A DNA stretch of 64,000 bases, taken from contig JAJDEB010000023.1 of assembly GCA_029260015.1 (NCBI GenBank), positions 45,457 to 109,456 of the forward strand. The letters are read 5' to 3'. This document shows positions 47,159 to 56,671 of this stretch, in pieces. The notes beneath the pieces were generated by a model that ran no database searches, was not told the origin of the DNA, and was given only the letters and a program-made list of their open reading frames with translations. Numbering within the stretch: position 1 is the first letter of the stretch; each line of letters begins with the position of its first letter. Source of the stretch: Phycisphaerae bacterium. GTDB lineage: Bacteria > Planctomycetota > Phycisphaerae > UBA1845. A program made the position numbers and the translations under genes.

Positions 47159-48727
47159 TCAGCCGTCGATCGGAATGATCATGACGTGGCGGATCGGACG
47201 ATCGAGGCGATTCGACGTATCGTACACGTCAATCGAAATGCGCAGCGCTGAGGGAAAAAACGGGTCGGTCAGACTACTGCTCGATGCCGGGTCAGGGTTC
47301 TTCGCGTAGAACATGTGCGTCGTTCCCATGATCTGCGAATTGAACCGCCCCAGCGGATCGGTAAACAAGTCATACAACTGATCAAGCGGCGCATCGGCCA
47401 CACCACACAATGCCAACTCGTCAGCCAGCGCGGGATCGGTGTTCAACTCCGTAATCTTGTCATCAATCAATTCGGCGGTTGCGCCGATGTCGGCTGGGTC
47501 TACCCAGATCGTATCATCAAACAGATCGAGGCATTCCTTGACCACGGGATCGGTCTCAGACGTCCAGGTCAGCGCCCATTCAACTTTGAACCCCGCACAA
47601 TTCGGCAGGAAGTAATGTCCCAACCGCTGCGACTGATTCGCCGGCGGATTCGGGTCCAACTGCGAACGGGCAAACCATGGGACAATCCAATGCCGAAAAT
47701 TGGAAGGAACCTCAAACTGGTTGGCCGTAAAGTTCGGATATGTGCCCGCTGCGCCGCAGCAGTCATTCGGGTCCAGCGCGACTTCATGCCCGATGCTGAA
47801 GGCATCGCGCGGAGTCATGTTCAAAACATAATCGGCATAACGAAAATCTTCGGTCGGATTGTTCACGCTGTTGAGCGTGTCGACCACGGAATTCACGACG
47901 TACTCACGACGCCCATCGCGAATCCGGTTGGCTGCAGGTGCCGCTGTATAAGAAGCCTCATCGTCGCTTCCACCGAGTACTGCAGCAGAATCATCCAATG
48001 AGATCGCCGGGGGTACGTTGTTGAATGGACCGGTTTGGTCGAGGATCAAAACGCTTCGACGCCCCAAGTGCAAATCGTGGGCGGGTGGAAAACTTTTCGG
48101 ATCGAACGGTGCATCCGGTAACGGAGGATCCATGGGATCGTTGGAATCGAATGGTCCCATTTTCGGGAACGCGATTGGCGGTTGTGCCCAGCTACCAGTC
48201 AGCGGATCCCAAGCCCCCAATTCTGCATGACCATAGACGACCTGTTGCAACCGCCCGGAAATCGACGGATCGCGATAACTCTTACCCGGCTTGATGGTGA
48301 AGAACATCAACATGTCAGCCCGAGGCATCTCACGAAAGATATTGGTGCCCACGGCGTATTCACGGGCAGGGTCGCGGGAAAGAACAGTTCTTGGAACGTT
48401 GTCGCCATCAACTTCAAGGTCGTCGATGGTCATGTACACGGGTATGGGATTGCCTTGAATCACCAGGATGGTTTTAGACGGACCGGTGTTTCGCAAATCA
48501 TCGGTCAACGTGTCTTCAAAGACGCGAACCGCCTGGCTGATTTCGATGATCGCGTTGGCCTCACCGGATGATTTCAACGTGAGTGTGAAGATCGCCCCGA
48601 CCATCACAAGCATAATAGCGAGGATGCCGACCGATACGACCAACTCCACCATCGTAAACGCCGCCCGGCAATGACGAGCAAATTGCGACGGTTGATGATT
48701 TCTAGATGTCGTAGCCAAGACACTCAT
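47159..48727 (-). CDS. Prepilin-type N-terminal domain protein (522 aa pseudopilin-like)
   Basis: Class III signal: ..RHCRAA|FTMVELVVSVGILAIMLVMVGAIF (Ala at -1, Glu at +5). Large non-hydrophobic C-terminal domain. Confidence 0.8.
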   Translation of the reverse strand: MSVLATTSRNHQPSQFARHCRAAFTMVELVVSVGILAIMLVMVGAIFTLTLKSSGEANAIIEISQAVRVFEDTLTDDLRNTGPSKTILVIQGNPIPVYMTIDDLEVDGDNVPRTVLSRDPAREYAVGTNIFREMPRADMLMFFTIKPGKSYRDPSISGRLQQVVYGHAELGAWDPLTGSWAQPPIAFPKMGPFDSNDPMDPPLPDAPFDPKSFPPAHDLHLGRRSVLILDQTGPFNNVPPAISLDDSAAVLGGSDDEASYTAAPAANRIRDGRREYVVNSVVDTLNSVNNPTEDFRYADYVLNMTPRDAFSIGHEVALDPNDCCGAAGTYPNFTANQFEVPSNFRHWIVPWFARSQLDPNPPANQSQRLGHYFLPNCAGFKVEWALTWTSETDPVVKECLDLFDDTIWVDPADIGATAELIDDKITELNTDPALADELALCGVADAPLDQLYDLFTDPLGRFNSQIMGTTHMFYAKNPDPASSSSLTDPFFPSALRISIDVYDTSNRLDRPIRHVMIIPIDG

Positions 48728-48781
48728 AATTACACTTCAGGATAGAGAATGAATCCAGCACCCAGCCAACGGTAAACCAAT

Positions 48782-48803
48782 GTAGGGTGGGCCGTGCCAA
48801 CCA
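48782..48803. repeat. Single copy of the GTAGGGTGGGCCGTGCC(A/C)ACC element
   Basis: GTAGGGTGGGCCGTGCCAACCA in the 103-nt gap between two pseudopilin-like genes. It matches the arms of the palindrome at 51443-51506 except for one base. Confidence 0.6.
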
Positions 48804-48830
48804 ATCGAACGACATTAACCAAGCGAAGCG

Positions 48831-50381
48831 CTACAAGCGCGGTCGCAACACAACCTGACGTGTTTCAATATCAACGACCGGTGGCGAACCCGCAAAAATC
48901 GGGATGCCATCGCCCGCCCGTTCCACTTCAACCGGAGGCGGAAACACCCAGTAGTATCGCTTCGCAGGTTCGTCTTCGATGATGTCAATGCATTCGTTGA
49001 CGTTCGTAATAGACCCATCGGTCAAATCGAGATTGTCGCAGTTGCGCTCAATCCATTCCCATTGGTTCTTCCAATTCTGGTGCAAACTATCGTTGCCCAG
49101 ATAGTCCTTCGGGAAGAGCGTGTAGTTTGGTCGGTGAACATCAAGAGCGGTGTATTCCTTGTCGAGCGCCAACACCACCGATGTTGCATCACTCAAATCA
49201 TTGCGGCGCTGGGTGATCCGATAGATCTGCCCGTTTCGTTCATCGATGAGGAAGGTCTTGGGGACCAGCATGTCGGCGAGAACCTGATCGGTGACACGAA
49301 TTTCTGATGGGATGCCAGTCGGCGCGGCTTCGAGTGCAGGTGTCGCCGTAAGCGTCGCCTCAAAGCGCCATGGCGATGGCAATAGCACATCAGTCGTATC
49401 TGGTAGCGCCCGCGGATGATCCAGTTGTCGCGAGGCTTGCCAGTTCGCAGCCCCACCGCTTCCTTGAATTCCTTCCTGTCTGACATACCGCGCGCCTTCG
49501 GGCCGTTTAAGCGTGACATAATAGACAGTCATCTCGCGCGGCTTGGCAAGCGTTTCGCGAACTTCTGCACGCATCTGTTCGCATTCGGCTGGCGGAGAAA
49601 ACCCACCACAGTTGGGCATCACGTTGAAGGGGTCGATCGGGTCTGTCGAAACATCCGGACCAAATAGGCGGCTAAATCGATAGAGCACCGCCCAGCAGTA
49701 TCGTCTGCCGGAAAACTGCTCATCCCAAAGTGCAATTGCGGTCGCGTTATTTGGGTCGGCTGGATCCGGACGCTCCGCCATCGGCGGCAACAATCGATCG
49801 CGGGCATACACATCGGGCGTGTACAACCGTTTGGAAACCGGAAGCACAGAAGTCAGGTTTCCAACGTAGGCGGAATCGCCCATCTTCAGCGCCAATTGAT
49901 CAGACAACTGCCAACTGGAACTCGCGACGGGAACAAGTTCTCCGCCTGCATTCAAATTGTCGGGTTCATCCGTTTCAAATCGATTGGGGCTCGCCAGATA
50001 ATTCCCCAGAGTCATCACATGAACGCGGGTATTGGGAAACACGACGGGCCGACCCACATCGCCGACACCGTCCTGAACCCATTCATCAGGGAAGAATTTT
50101 GAAACGGGGTATCGTAAGTCATTCGGGCCATTGACCTTCGACACGCGATGAAACGCGTCGATGCCAGCCGCCGTACTCGAACGCGTGTTTGTGGTTTCAA
50201 ACACGGTGCGGGCTTTGAACCACGCGATCGGGAACATGCTCGACGTAAACAACAACCCCAGCCCAAGAATGAAAATCGCAAAGACCATTTCGGTCATTGA
50301 GAATGCAGGGCGAATCGTCGAGCCAGTGCGTCTCGTCAAAAAGGGTCTCTGCCTTTGAATGTCATTCGTCTGACTCTGCAT
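48831..50381 (-). CDS. Prepilin-type N-terminal domain protein (516 aa pseudopilin-like)
   Basis: Class III signal: ..STIRPA|FSMTEMVFAIFILGLGLLF (Ala at -1, Glu at +5). Its ATG overlaps the upstream stop (TGATG). Confidence 0.8.
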   Translation of the reverse strand: MQSQTNDIQRQRPFLTRRTGSTIRPAFSMTEMVFAIFILGLGLLFTSSMFPIAWFKARTVFETTNTRSSTAAGIDAFHRVSKVNGPNDLRYPVSKFFPDEWVQDGVGDVGRPVVFPNTRVHVMTLGNYLASPNRFETDEPDNLNAGGELVPVASSSWQLSDQLALKMGDSAYVGNLTSVLPVSKRLYTPDVYARDRLLPPMAERPDPADPNNATAIALWDEQFSGRRYCWAVLYRFSRLFGPDVSTDPIDPFNVMPNCGGFSPPAECEQMRAEVRETLAKPREMTVYYVTLKRPEGARYVRQEGIQGSGGAANWQASRQLDHPRALPDTTDVLLPSPWRFEATLTATPALEAAPTGIPSEIRVTDQVLADMLVPKTFLIDERNGQIYRITQRRNDLSDATSVVLALDKEYTALDVHRPNYTLFPKDYLGNDSLHQNWKNQWEWIERNCDNLDLTDGSITNVNECIDIIEDEPAKRYYWVFPPPVEVERAGDGIPIFAGSPPVVDIETRQVVLRPRL

Positions 50382-51355
50382 CAGCCACCCTTGGGTCCGA
50401 AAATGACCTCGCCGGTGTATCGACTCACAAAGAGCGATTGCCCGTCGCGCTGGACAACAGCACGCACGGAAGCTCCGTCAAGGTCCTCAACGTCAGAATC
50501 GTCGTACACCACGAGTCCGTCAACGCTGATAAAGTTGGCTGCACTGCCATCGTCCAGAATCACAATATCAAACAGATTCCCAGCAACGGACGGATCGTCG
50601 CCGGTCCGGTCCCACCACTTGCCCGGGTTGCCGACATTGAGTGTTGTCCGATCCCCCAAGCCGTCGCCTTCGACGTCAACATCGTGAATCAATACATCAC
50701 GATCCACGATCAACTGTCCCGCAGAATCAAACACGATTGCGAAGAAATTGCGGTGGTACTGCGGTGTTTCGCGACCCCGCGCCTGAACGAAAAACCGTTC
50801 ATAAGCCAACTGCATGGGCCAGGCAGCGCTGGAATCTGAATTGTCCGGAAAGGGTACGGGCCCCGGAGGTGAGTCGGGCTTCAACGCCCAACTCGGCGCG
50901 ATGCGGTACGGTGCGGGAACCGAATACACCTGTTGATCCATCACGCGAAAACGATTGACGGCATCCGCCGGGGTCACGCAGTTGGTGGGTTCATTGTTGT
51001 CATCACAATCCACTTGATCACGCGCACTCGTTCCACCATGCGACGGATCGGACTCGATGAAAGCGACCCGCTGGGTCCCGTCACGATCGACATAGAAGAA
51101 TAGCCCGCGTTCGCCGAAACGAATGGCCTGCGTTCGAACGCTTTGCAGCAAGCCTCGAACGAGGTTGGCTGACGCGGCTTCGTTGCGCTGCGACCAGAGA
51201 CTCGATGCCCCAGGCACCACCAGCGCCGAAAGAATACCGATGATCGAAATCACAACAATCAATTCGATGAGGGTGAAGGATCGCAGATTCCCCGAACTCA
51301 GATTCACCCGCGGCCTGCGGCGAATCGTTTGGTTGTCAATCCTTCTGCTTGACAT
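50381..51355 (-). CDS. Prepilin-type N-terminal domain protein (~324 aa pseudopilin-like)
   Basis: Class III signal: ..SGNLRS|FTLIELIVVISIIGILSALVVPG (Ser at -1, Glu at +5). I prefer the ATG at 51355 (GGGAGAG upstream) because the ORF-track start at 51442 abuts the REP-like palindrome. Confidence 0.8.
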   Translation of the reverse strand: MSSRRIDNQTIRRRPRVNLSSGNLRSFTLIELIVVISIIGILSALVVPGASSLWSQRNEAASANLVRGLLQSVRTQAIRFGERGLFFYVDRDGTQRVAFIESDPSHGGTSARDQVDCDDNNEPTNCVTPADAVNRFRVMDQQVYSVPAPYRIAPSWALKPDSPPGPVPFPDNSDSSAAWPMQLAYERFFVQARGRETPQYHRNFFAIVFDSAGQLIVDRDVLIHDVDVEGDGLGDRTTLNVGNPGKWWDRTGDDPSVAGNLFDIVILDDGSAANFISVDGLVVYDDSDVEDLDGASVRAVVQRDGQSLFVSRYTGEVIFGPKGG

Positions 51356-51442
51356 CTTAACTCTCCCGGTGAATCGACGGTGTATTTTGTCGCTACAACA
51401 CACCCGCATGGCAAAACTGCAGTACTTGGTGACACCGCCCAA

Positions 51443-51506
51443 GTAGGGTGGGCCGTGCCCACCAAGTCACATCGAAGCGATCAATGGTGGGCACGGCCCA
51501 CCCTAC
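51443..51506. repeat. REP-like 21-bp inverted repeat between pseudopilin-like genes
   Basis: GTAGGGTGGGCCGTGCCCACC - 22 nt - GGTGGGCACGGCCCACCCTAC. The arms are perfectly complementary, and each arm contains its own small palindrome (GGTGGGC..GCCCACC). Confidence 0.75.
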
Positions 51507-51545
51507 GCGTCGCCTCTCGCATGTGCCTTATTGGAAACGGCACGA

Positions 51546-52424
51546 CTATCGTGGATTCATTCTTTCCTTAAACGTATCTGACGAATACACGTTGTCCTGA
51601 TTCAACTCGTGGTTGATCAAACCTTCCGGAGTCAAAATATTGCCACCCACGTCGGCACCTATGAAATCGGCGATGATGCTCGTATCGCCATAACTTGGGT
51701 CAAAAAGAAAGTCCTCGGAAAGTTGTTCCGAACCATTCGGGCCGTACGAAACAAACAGCGGCTCACCGTTATTCTTGTGTACTAATGCTGTTGACGCCAA
51801 GTCGCGCACGCCGGCACCGTCATAATTGAAACCGTTGGCAAAATACTCAATCTCCGTACCCCACCCATCTACATAATGCACGAGCGGAATCGATTCAGTT
51901 CCATCGCCCGGGTTGAATTCCAACTTGCCTTCATTCACCACATACTTCTTGTTGATACCGTCCAGGATTTCGCTCGCCCTAGGCGATCTAAGACGCATCG
52001 CCAAAACCATTGCCCGAACATCGCTGTGATTATGGGCAAACGACGTCAGTATCCCGGTCGAGGGATCACGCAGATCATAAAAGAGATAATCACCTTCGGG
52101 ATCAATCACGGTTCCGCTGGCCATGACACCGTTTACAAACAGGGTCATGTCGTCTGGCGGAAGTTTTTGATAACGCTGGGCGACGCCCCCACCCGCGCGC
52201 GATTGTTTGGCCTCTAGTTCATACGCATCAACCGCTTGATTGAGCGCAGCGAACAGACCCTCGGTCTCTCGAACCTTTGCCGATTCGGTCATCGAGCTAG
52301 CCCCCTTGAAGGCCATGCCGATGAGAAGGCTCAACACTGCGAGAACCACCAACAACTCCACCAGCGAAAAGGCGCTTGCGCGATTCGCTGGCCGGTGGCG
52401 ATTGATTGGGTTCGGAGTCATCAT
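51546..52424 (-). CDS. Prepilin-type N-terminal domain protein (292 aa pseudopilin-like)
   Basis: Class III signal: ..ANRASA|FSLVELLVVLAVLSLLIGMAF (Ala at -1, Glu at +5). It starts 2 nt after the upstream gene ends. Confidence 0.82.
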   Translation of the reverse strand: MMTPNPINRHRPANRASAFSLVELLVVLAVLSLLIGMAFKGASSMTESAKVRETEGLFAALNQAVDAYELEAKQSRAGGGVAQRYQKLPPDDMTLFVNGVMASGTVIDPEGDYLFYDLRDPSTGILTSFAHNHSDVRAMVLAMRLRSPRASEILDGINKKYVVNEGKLEFNPGDGTESIPLVHYVDGWGTEIEYFANGFNYDGAGVRDLASTALVHKNNGEPLFVSYGPNGSEQLSEDFLFDPSYGDTSIIADFIGADVGGNILTPEGLINHELNQDNVYSSDTFKERMNPR

Positions 52425-52426
52425 GG

Positions 52427-53401
52427 TTAGTTCCAGTTGGTCACATCGTCAGTCGTTCCCCAGATTCCATCAGAGCCAGCCGAAATCAGCAGGTAATCCT
52501 GAGCGCGGTTGGGAATCGCCTTGAGGCAATTTTCGACATCGGAATTTGGCGGTGGCAGTTCGGTGCAACTTGATGCATCGCGATCGATGATGAACGACCC
52601 AAACGAATACGCGTCAGGCGCTGGAGTTGAGGGCAAGGCCCCGGGGGTCTTGGGATACTGTGTCGCCACACCGACGCCATTGTCATAACCCGGGTTCAGA
52701 AGGAGATGACGGCGCGGGCCATTGACCGCACTTGTCAGAGTCACATTGTCATTGTGGTCGTATACGCCAACCGCCGCACCGTTTGTGATCATTCGACGGG
52801 CGGCTTTTCGGGCGCGGTAGTAAAGGACCGGACTGTTGAACAAGTCAGTGAATACAAGCTGGTTCTCGATGAGGTTGCTCGGCAGCAATTGAAAACCTGC
52901 GCTGCGGGTTTCGGCGATGGTCTTAAGCTGCTTCATCGCGGTGTCGCCGACAAACGGTTTGTAGCGCGTCGCATTGAGATCGAGATAGATGTTGTCCAAC
53001 GAGTCAGCCCAACTCGCTTCTGGTGACACTTGCCGAAAACCAGCCGTTCCTCGTTTGTCCGTTCCGGCCATCGCGTAGGCCAAGAGCGAAGCGCCTGTGC
53101 TGGGCACCCGGGAACTGTTAAGGGGACCAAAAGGATCAGAGATAAACCCGTCACCCGCATCACTCGATGACGGAGGCAAGCGACTTCCCAGTGCCTTTTC
53201 CGATCGAAACGATTCCAAGCCAGCTTCCAAATTGCTGATTAACTGCTTGCTTGCGACCTTCTTGGCCTGCACGCGTACTTTCCGAAACGCCGGTACTGAG
53301 ATACTGATCAGCAGTGCAATGATCGACACCACAACCAAAAGTTCGATCAACGTAAATGCTTTCCTGTTTCGACGCGCCATGATCTTCATGTCATACCTCA
53401 C
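52427..53401 (-). CDS. Prepilin-type N-terminal domain protein (324 aa; first and probably major pseudopilin, GspG/PilA-like N-terminus)
   Basis: Class III signal: MKIMARRNRKA|FTLIELLVVVSIIALLISISVPAFRKV (Ala at -1, Glu at +5). It is the first pilin-like gene after gspF. Confidence 0.82.
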   Translation of the reverse strand: MRYDMKIMARRNRKAFTLIELLVVVSIIALLISISVPAFRKVRVQAKKVASKQLISNLEAGLESFRSEKALGSRLPPSSSDAGDGFISDPFGPLNSSRVPSTGASLLAYAMAGTDKRGTAGFRQVSPEASWADSLDNIYLDLNATRYKPFVGDTAMKQLKTIAETRSAGFQLLPSNLIENQLVFTDLFNSPVLYYRARKAARRMITNGAAVGVYDHNDNVTLTSAVNGPRRHLLLNPGYDNGVGVATQYPKTPGALPSTPAPDAYSFGSFIIDRDASSCTELPPPNSDVENCLKAIPNRAQDYLLISAGSDGIWGTTDDVTNWN

Positions 53402-53458
53402 TTACCGGCTTGTTGGGAATTTCCCGAGGCTTAGTGTTTAATTCCTATTCAGTTTATT

Positions 53459-54718
53459 CTAGCCGCCCGACATCGATTGAATCAGCGAAACCAACGGCAA
53501 AAATAGTGCAATAACGATGAAACCGACGATCACACCGAGGACGGCCACCATAATCGGTTCGAGCAGCGAAATCAGTGCGGTCACCGCGACTTCAACTTCA
53601 TCGTCGTAGTTGTCCGCGATTCGCAGCAACATCTTGTCGAGCTCACCGGTTTCTTCACCGACAGATATCATATTCACCACAATGCCGTCGCACACCTTGG
53701 CCGCCCTGAGCGGGTCTGCAAAAGTATCACCCTCGCGAATCGAGTCGTGTACTTTTTCGAGGGCACGGGCATACACCTCGTTGCCAGCCGTCTCTTTGGT
53801 GATGGTGATCGCTTCCAAAATCGGAACACCAGCCGTCACCAACGTACCCAACGTTCGGCAGAATCGAGCGATCGACGACTTGCTCGAAATACCCCCTGCA
53901 ATAGGCAGTCGCACAATCACCGAGTCTTTGGCGAATCGCCCACCCTTCGATTGATTGAGCAGCTTCATGAAAATAATGACTGCGATCGGCGAGAAGAGTA
54001 CAACCATCCATCCAGGCGGCATGCCATTCACAAACCAATTGCTCGTATTAATCAGCAATACGGTCACCTTGGGTAGTGCCGTGTCGAAGTCCTTGAAGAT
54101 TTCTTCAAACTTCGGGACCACCACGATCATGATCATGGTCACGATACCGACAGCAAAGGTGATGACCACCGAAGGGTAAATCATCGCACCCTTGATCTTG
54201 GCTTTAAGGCGCTGGGCCTTTTCCATAAACTCAGCCAATCGAACTAAGATGACGTCGAGCACACCACCCGTTTCACCGGCTGCCACCATGTTGACGTACA
54301 ATCGGTTGAAGGCTTTGGGGTGCTTGGCCATCGCCTCGGACAGTGTCGCACCACCTTCGACATCTTCGGCCACTTCGGAGAGTGCGTTCTTAAGCGGGCC
54401 AGGTTTTTGCTGTTCGGCGAGAATACCGAGGCTTCGAAGAATCGGCAGGCCTGCGTCCTGAAGGGTGGCCAACTGTCGGGTAAACTGCGTGACGTGTTTG
54501 ACCTTGGCTTTACCAAAGGTGATTGATCCGCCTTTTTTCTTCTTGGTCGTTGCCCCGCCTTTCTTGCGTCCACCCTTCTCGCGGATGCGCGTGGGAAAGA
54601 GACCCAGATTGCGAATCTTTTCGAGGGCATCTTCGGCGCTGGAGGCGTCAATGTTGTCTTTGACCTCCTGACCGGCTTGGTTCATTGCTTCGTATTGAAA
54701 TACTGCCATCGCGTTCAC
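53459..54718 (-). CDS. gspF: Type II secretion / type IV pilus platform protein (GspF/PilC family)
   Basis: FQYEAMNQAGQEVKDNIDASSAEDALEKIRNLGLFP at the N-terminus, duplicated T2SSF-type cytoplasmic domains (..FTRQLATLQDAGLPILRSL.. and ..FCRTLGTLVTAGVPILEAI..), and three TM segments. Confidence 0.9.
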   Translation of the reverse strand: MNAMAVFQYEAMNQAGQEVKDNIDASSAEDALEKIRNLGLFPTRIREKGGRKKGGATTKKKKGGSITFGKAKVKHVTQFTRQLATLQDAGLPILRSLGILAEQQKPGPLKNALSEVAEDVEGGATLSEAMAKHPKAFNRLYVNMVAAGETGGVLDVILVRLAEFMEKAQRLKAKIKGAMIYPSVVITFAVGIVTMIMIVVVPKFEEIFKDFDTALPKVTVLLINTSNWFVNGMPPGWMVVLFSPIAVIIFMKLLNQSKGGRFAKDSVIVRLPIAGGISSKSSIARFCRTLGTLVTAGVPILEAITITKETAGNEVYARALEKVHDSIREGDTFADPLRAAKVCDGIVVNMISVGEETGELDKMLLRIADNYDDEVEVAVTALISLLEPIMVAVLGVIVGFIVIALFLPLVSLIQSMSGG

Positions 54719-54857
54719 CTCAAAGTATGAATTCGGTCATCAACAAATTCAAAGGATGACCCGGCAAGACATGCATGCCTGGCAAGGCAGACTCTGCACG
54801 CAAGACGACTACGGAAAAGAACGGTCAAACACGGGAGCGGAAGAGATTACCCAACCG

Positions 54858-56609
54858 CTAGTTCTCGTCGAAGAGGGTTTCCTTCACCACTTCTTCGATC
54901 GTCGTCGCACCGTCAAAGATCGCCTTCAACCCGCTCTCCCGGAGGGTCCGCATGCCTCGCTTGATCGCTTCCTGACGAAGCAGATTCGACGAAGCATGAC
55001 GCATGATTAACTCGCGGAGGTGATCGTCCATGACCATGATCTCGAAGATCCCCAGTCGTCCGCGATAACCGGTATTATTACAGTAGTCACACCCGCGGCC
55101 GTAATAAAACGGCTGATCGCCGACGTCGTCAGGCGTAATCCCCAATTCCATCAGCATCTCTTCCGACGGTGTAAACTCCGTCTTACAGTTGGCACAAATC
55201 TTACGACAGAGACGCTGAGCCACGACTGCTTCAAGTGTGGCTGTAATCAAGAAGCTGTCTAAACCGAGGTCTAACAGTCGAGCGATCGAAGACGGAGCGT
55301 CGTTCGTGTGAAGCGTGGTAAATACTAGGTGTCCCGTCAATGAAGCCTGAACGCTGATTTGAGCGGTTTCGAGGTCTCGAACCTCACCCACCAGGATCAC
55401 ATCCGGGTCCTGTCGCAGGAAGCTTCGCAGCGCCTTACCGAACGTCAATCCTACTTCAGGGCGAACCTGAACCTGGCATAGCCCATCAATATCATATTCC
55501 ACCGGATCCTCTGCCGTCAGGATTTTCGTTTCCGGATCGTTGAGGGTATTGAGCGCTGCATACAGCGTGGTCGTTTTACCGGAACCCGTCGGGCCTGTGT
55601 TCACAACGATTCCGTTGGGTTTGCGAATCAGTTGGTTGAATACCAGCAAATCGTCGTCGCGGAGGCCAATACGGTCGAGGTCGAGTTGAACGTTGCTGCG
55701 ATCGAGAACACGCATGACGACGCTTTCGCCAAACATCGTCGGCAAAATCGAAACACGAAGGTCGATCGGATTGCCATGCATCTGCAATTCAATACGCCCG
55801 TCTTGCGGAACTCGACGTTCGGCGATGTCCAGATTGGCCAGCACTTTCACGCGCGACGCAATCGCAGCCGCAATGTGCTTTGGCGGTGGGACCATGTCAT
55901 ACAGCACGCCGTCGATTCGATAGCGCATCTTGAATTCATCTTCAAACGGTTCAAAGTGAATGTCGGATGCCTTGTCACGAATGGCCTGCAGCAACACGAG
56001 GTTGAGCAAACGCTTGACGGGGTTGGAGTCAGCCATCTCCTTGAGGTCTTCAAGGTCGATGCTCTCGCCGCGTCCTTCAAACTTCGATAAGTCTTCGTCG
56101 CCTGAGATTTCATCGATCAACCCGCTCATCGATTCCCCGCCACCTTCCGGGTAATAACGATCAAGCGCCGTTTGAACTTCGCCTTCGGTGCAGATGAATG
56201 CTTTGATCTTGAAACCGAGAAGCGTCTGCATGTCGTCGGTGGCGTGGAAGTTATCCGGTGAAGCCATCGCGACGGACAGGCGGTTTGTATTGGGATCGAA
56301 GTCAAAAGGAATCACGCGATAGGTGGCTGCCATTTGCTGCGGCACCAGCGCGATGATCTCGCCCGGGATATCCATCCCCGCGACGTTGGTCAATTCCATG
56401 CCAACCTGGGCGGCGAGTGCGATGTTGAGGTCTTCTTCCGTGATGTGGGCCAACTCGACTAGAATCGACCCGATCGGACGACGACGCTCCTTCTGCAGTT
56501 CCAGTGCTTCGTGGACTTCGGCGCGGCGAATTTTCCCCATTTTAATGAGGATTCGGCCAAGCTGACGTCCGCGAAGCTGTTCAATCGGAGGTATCTTGCG
56601 ATCCGACAT
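54858..56609 (-). CDS. gspE: Type II secretion / type IV pilus assembly ATPase (GspE/PilB family), copy 2
   Basis: N-terminal MshEN/T2SSE_N-like domain, Walker A GPTGSGKTTTLYAAL, and the tetracysteine motif CANCK...CDYCNNTGYRGRLGIFE. Confidence 0.92.
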   Translation of the reverse strand: MSDRKIPPIEQLRGRQLGRILIKMGKIRRAEVHEALELQKERRRPIGSILVELAHITEEDLNIALAAQVGMELTNVAGMDIPGEIIALVPQQMAATYRVIPFDFDPNTNRLSVAMASPDNFHATDDMQTLLGFKIKAFICTEGEVQTALDRYYPEGGGESMSGLIDEISGDEDLSKFEGRGESIDLEDLKEMADSNPVKRLLNLVLLQAIRDKASDIHFEPFEDEFKMRYRIDGVLYDMVPPPKHIAAAIASRVKVLANLDIAERRVPQDGRIELQMHGNPIDLRVSILPTMFGESVVMRVLDRSNVQLDLDRIGLRDDDLLVFNQLIRKPNGIVVNTGPTGSGKTTTLYAALNTLNDPETKILTAEDPVEYDIDGLCQVQVRPEVGLTFGKALRSFLRQDPDVILVGEVRDLETAQISVQASLTGHLVFTTLHTNDAPSSIARLLDLGLDSFLITATLEAVVAQRLCRKICANCKTEFTPSEEMLMELGITPDDVGDQPFYYGRGCDYCNNTGYRGRLGIFEIMVMDDHLRELIMRHASSNLLRQEAIKRGMRTLRESGLKAIFDGATTIEEVVKETLFDEN

Positions 56610-56671
56610 AATTAATGACCTTATCTTGCTAGGCTAAACTTCCGCGCGCGAATGCGCACATGGGGTTTTGT

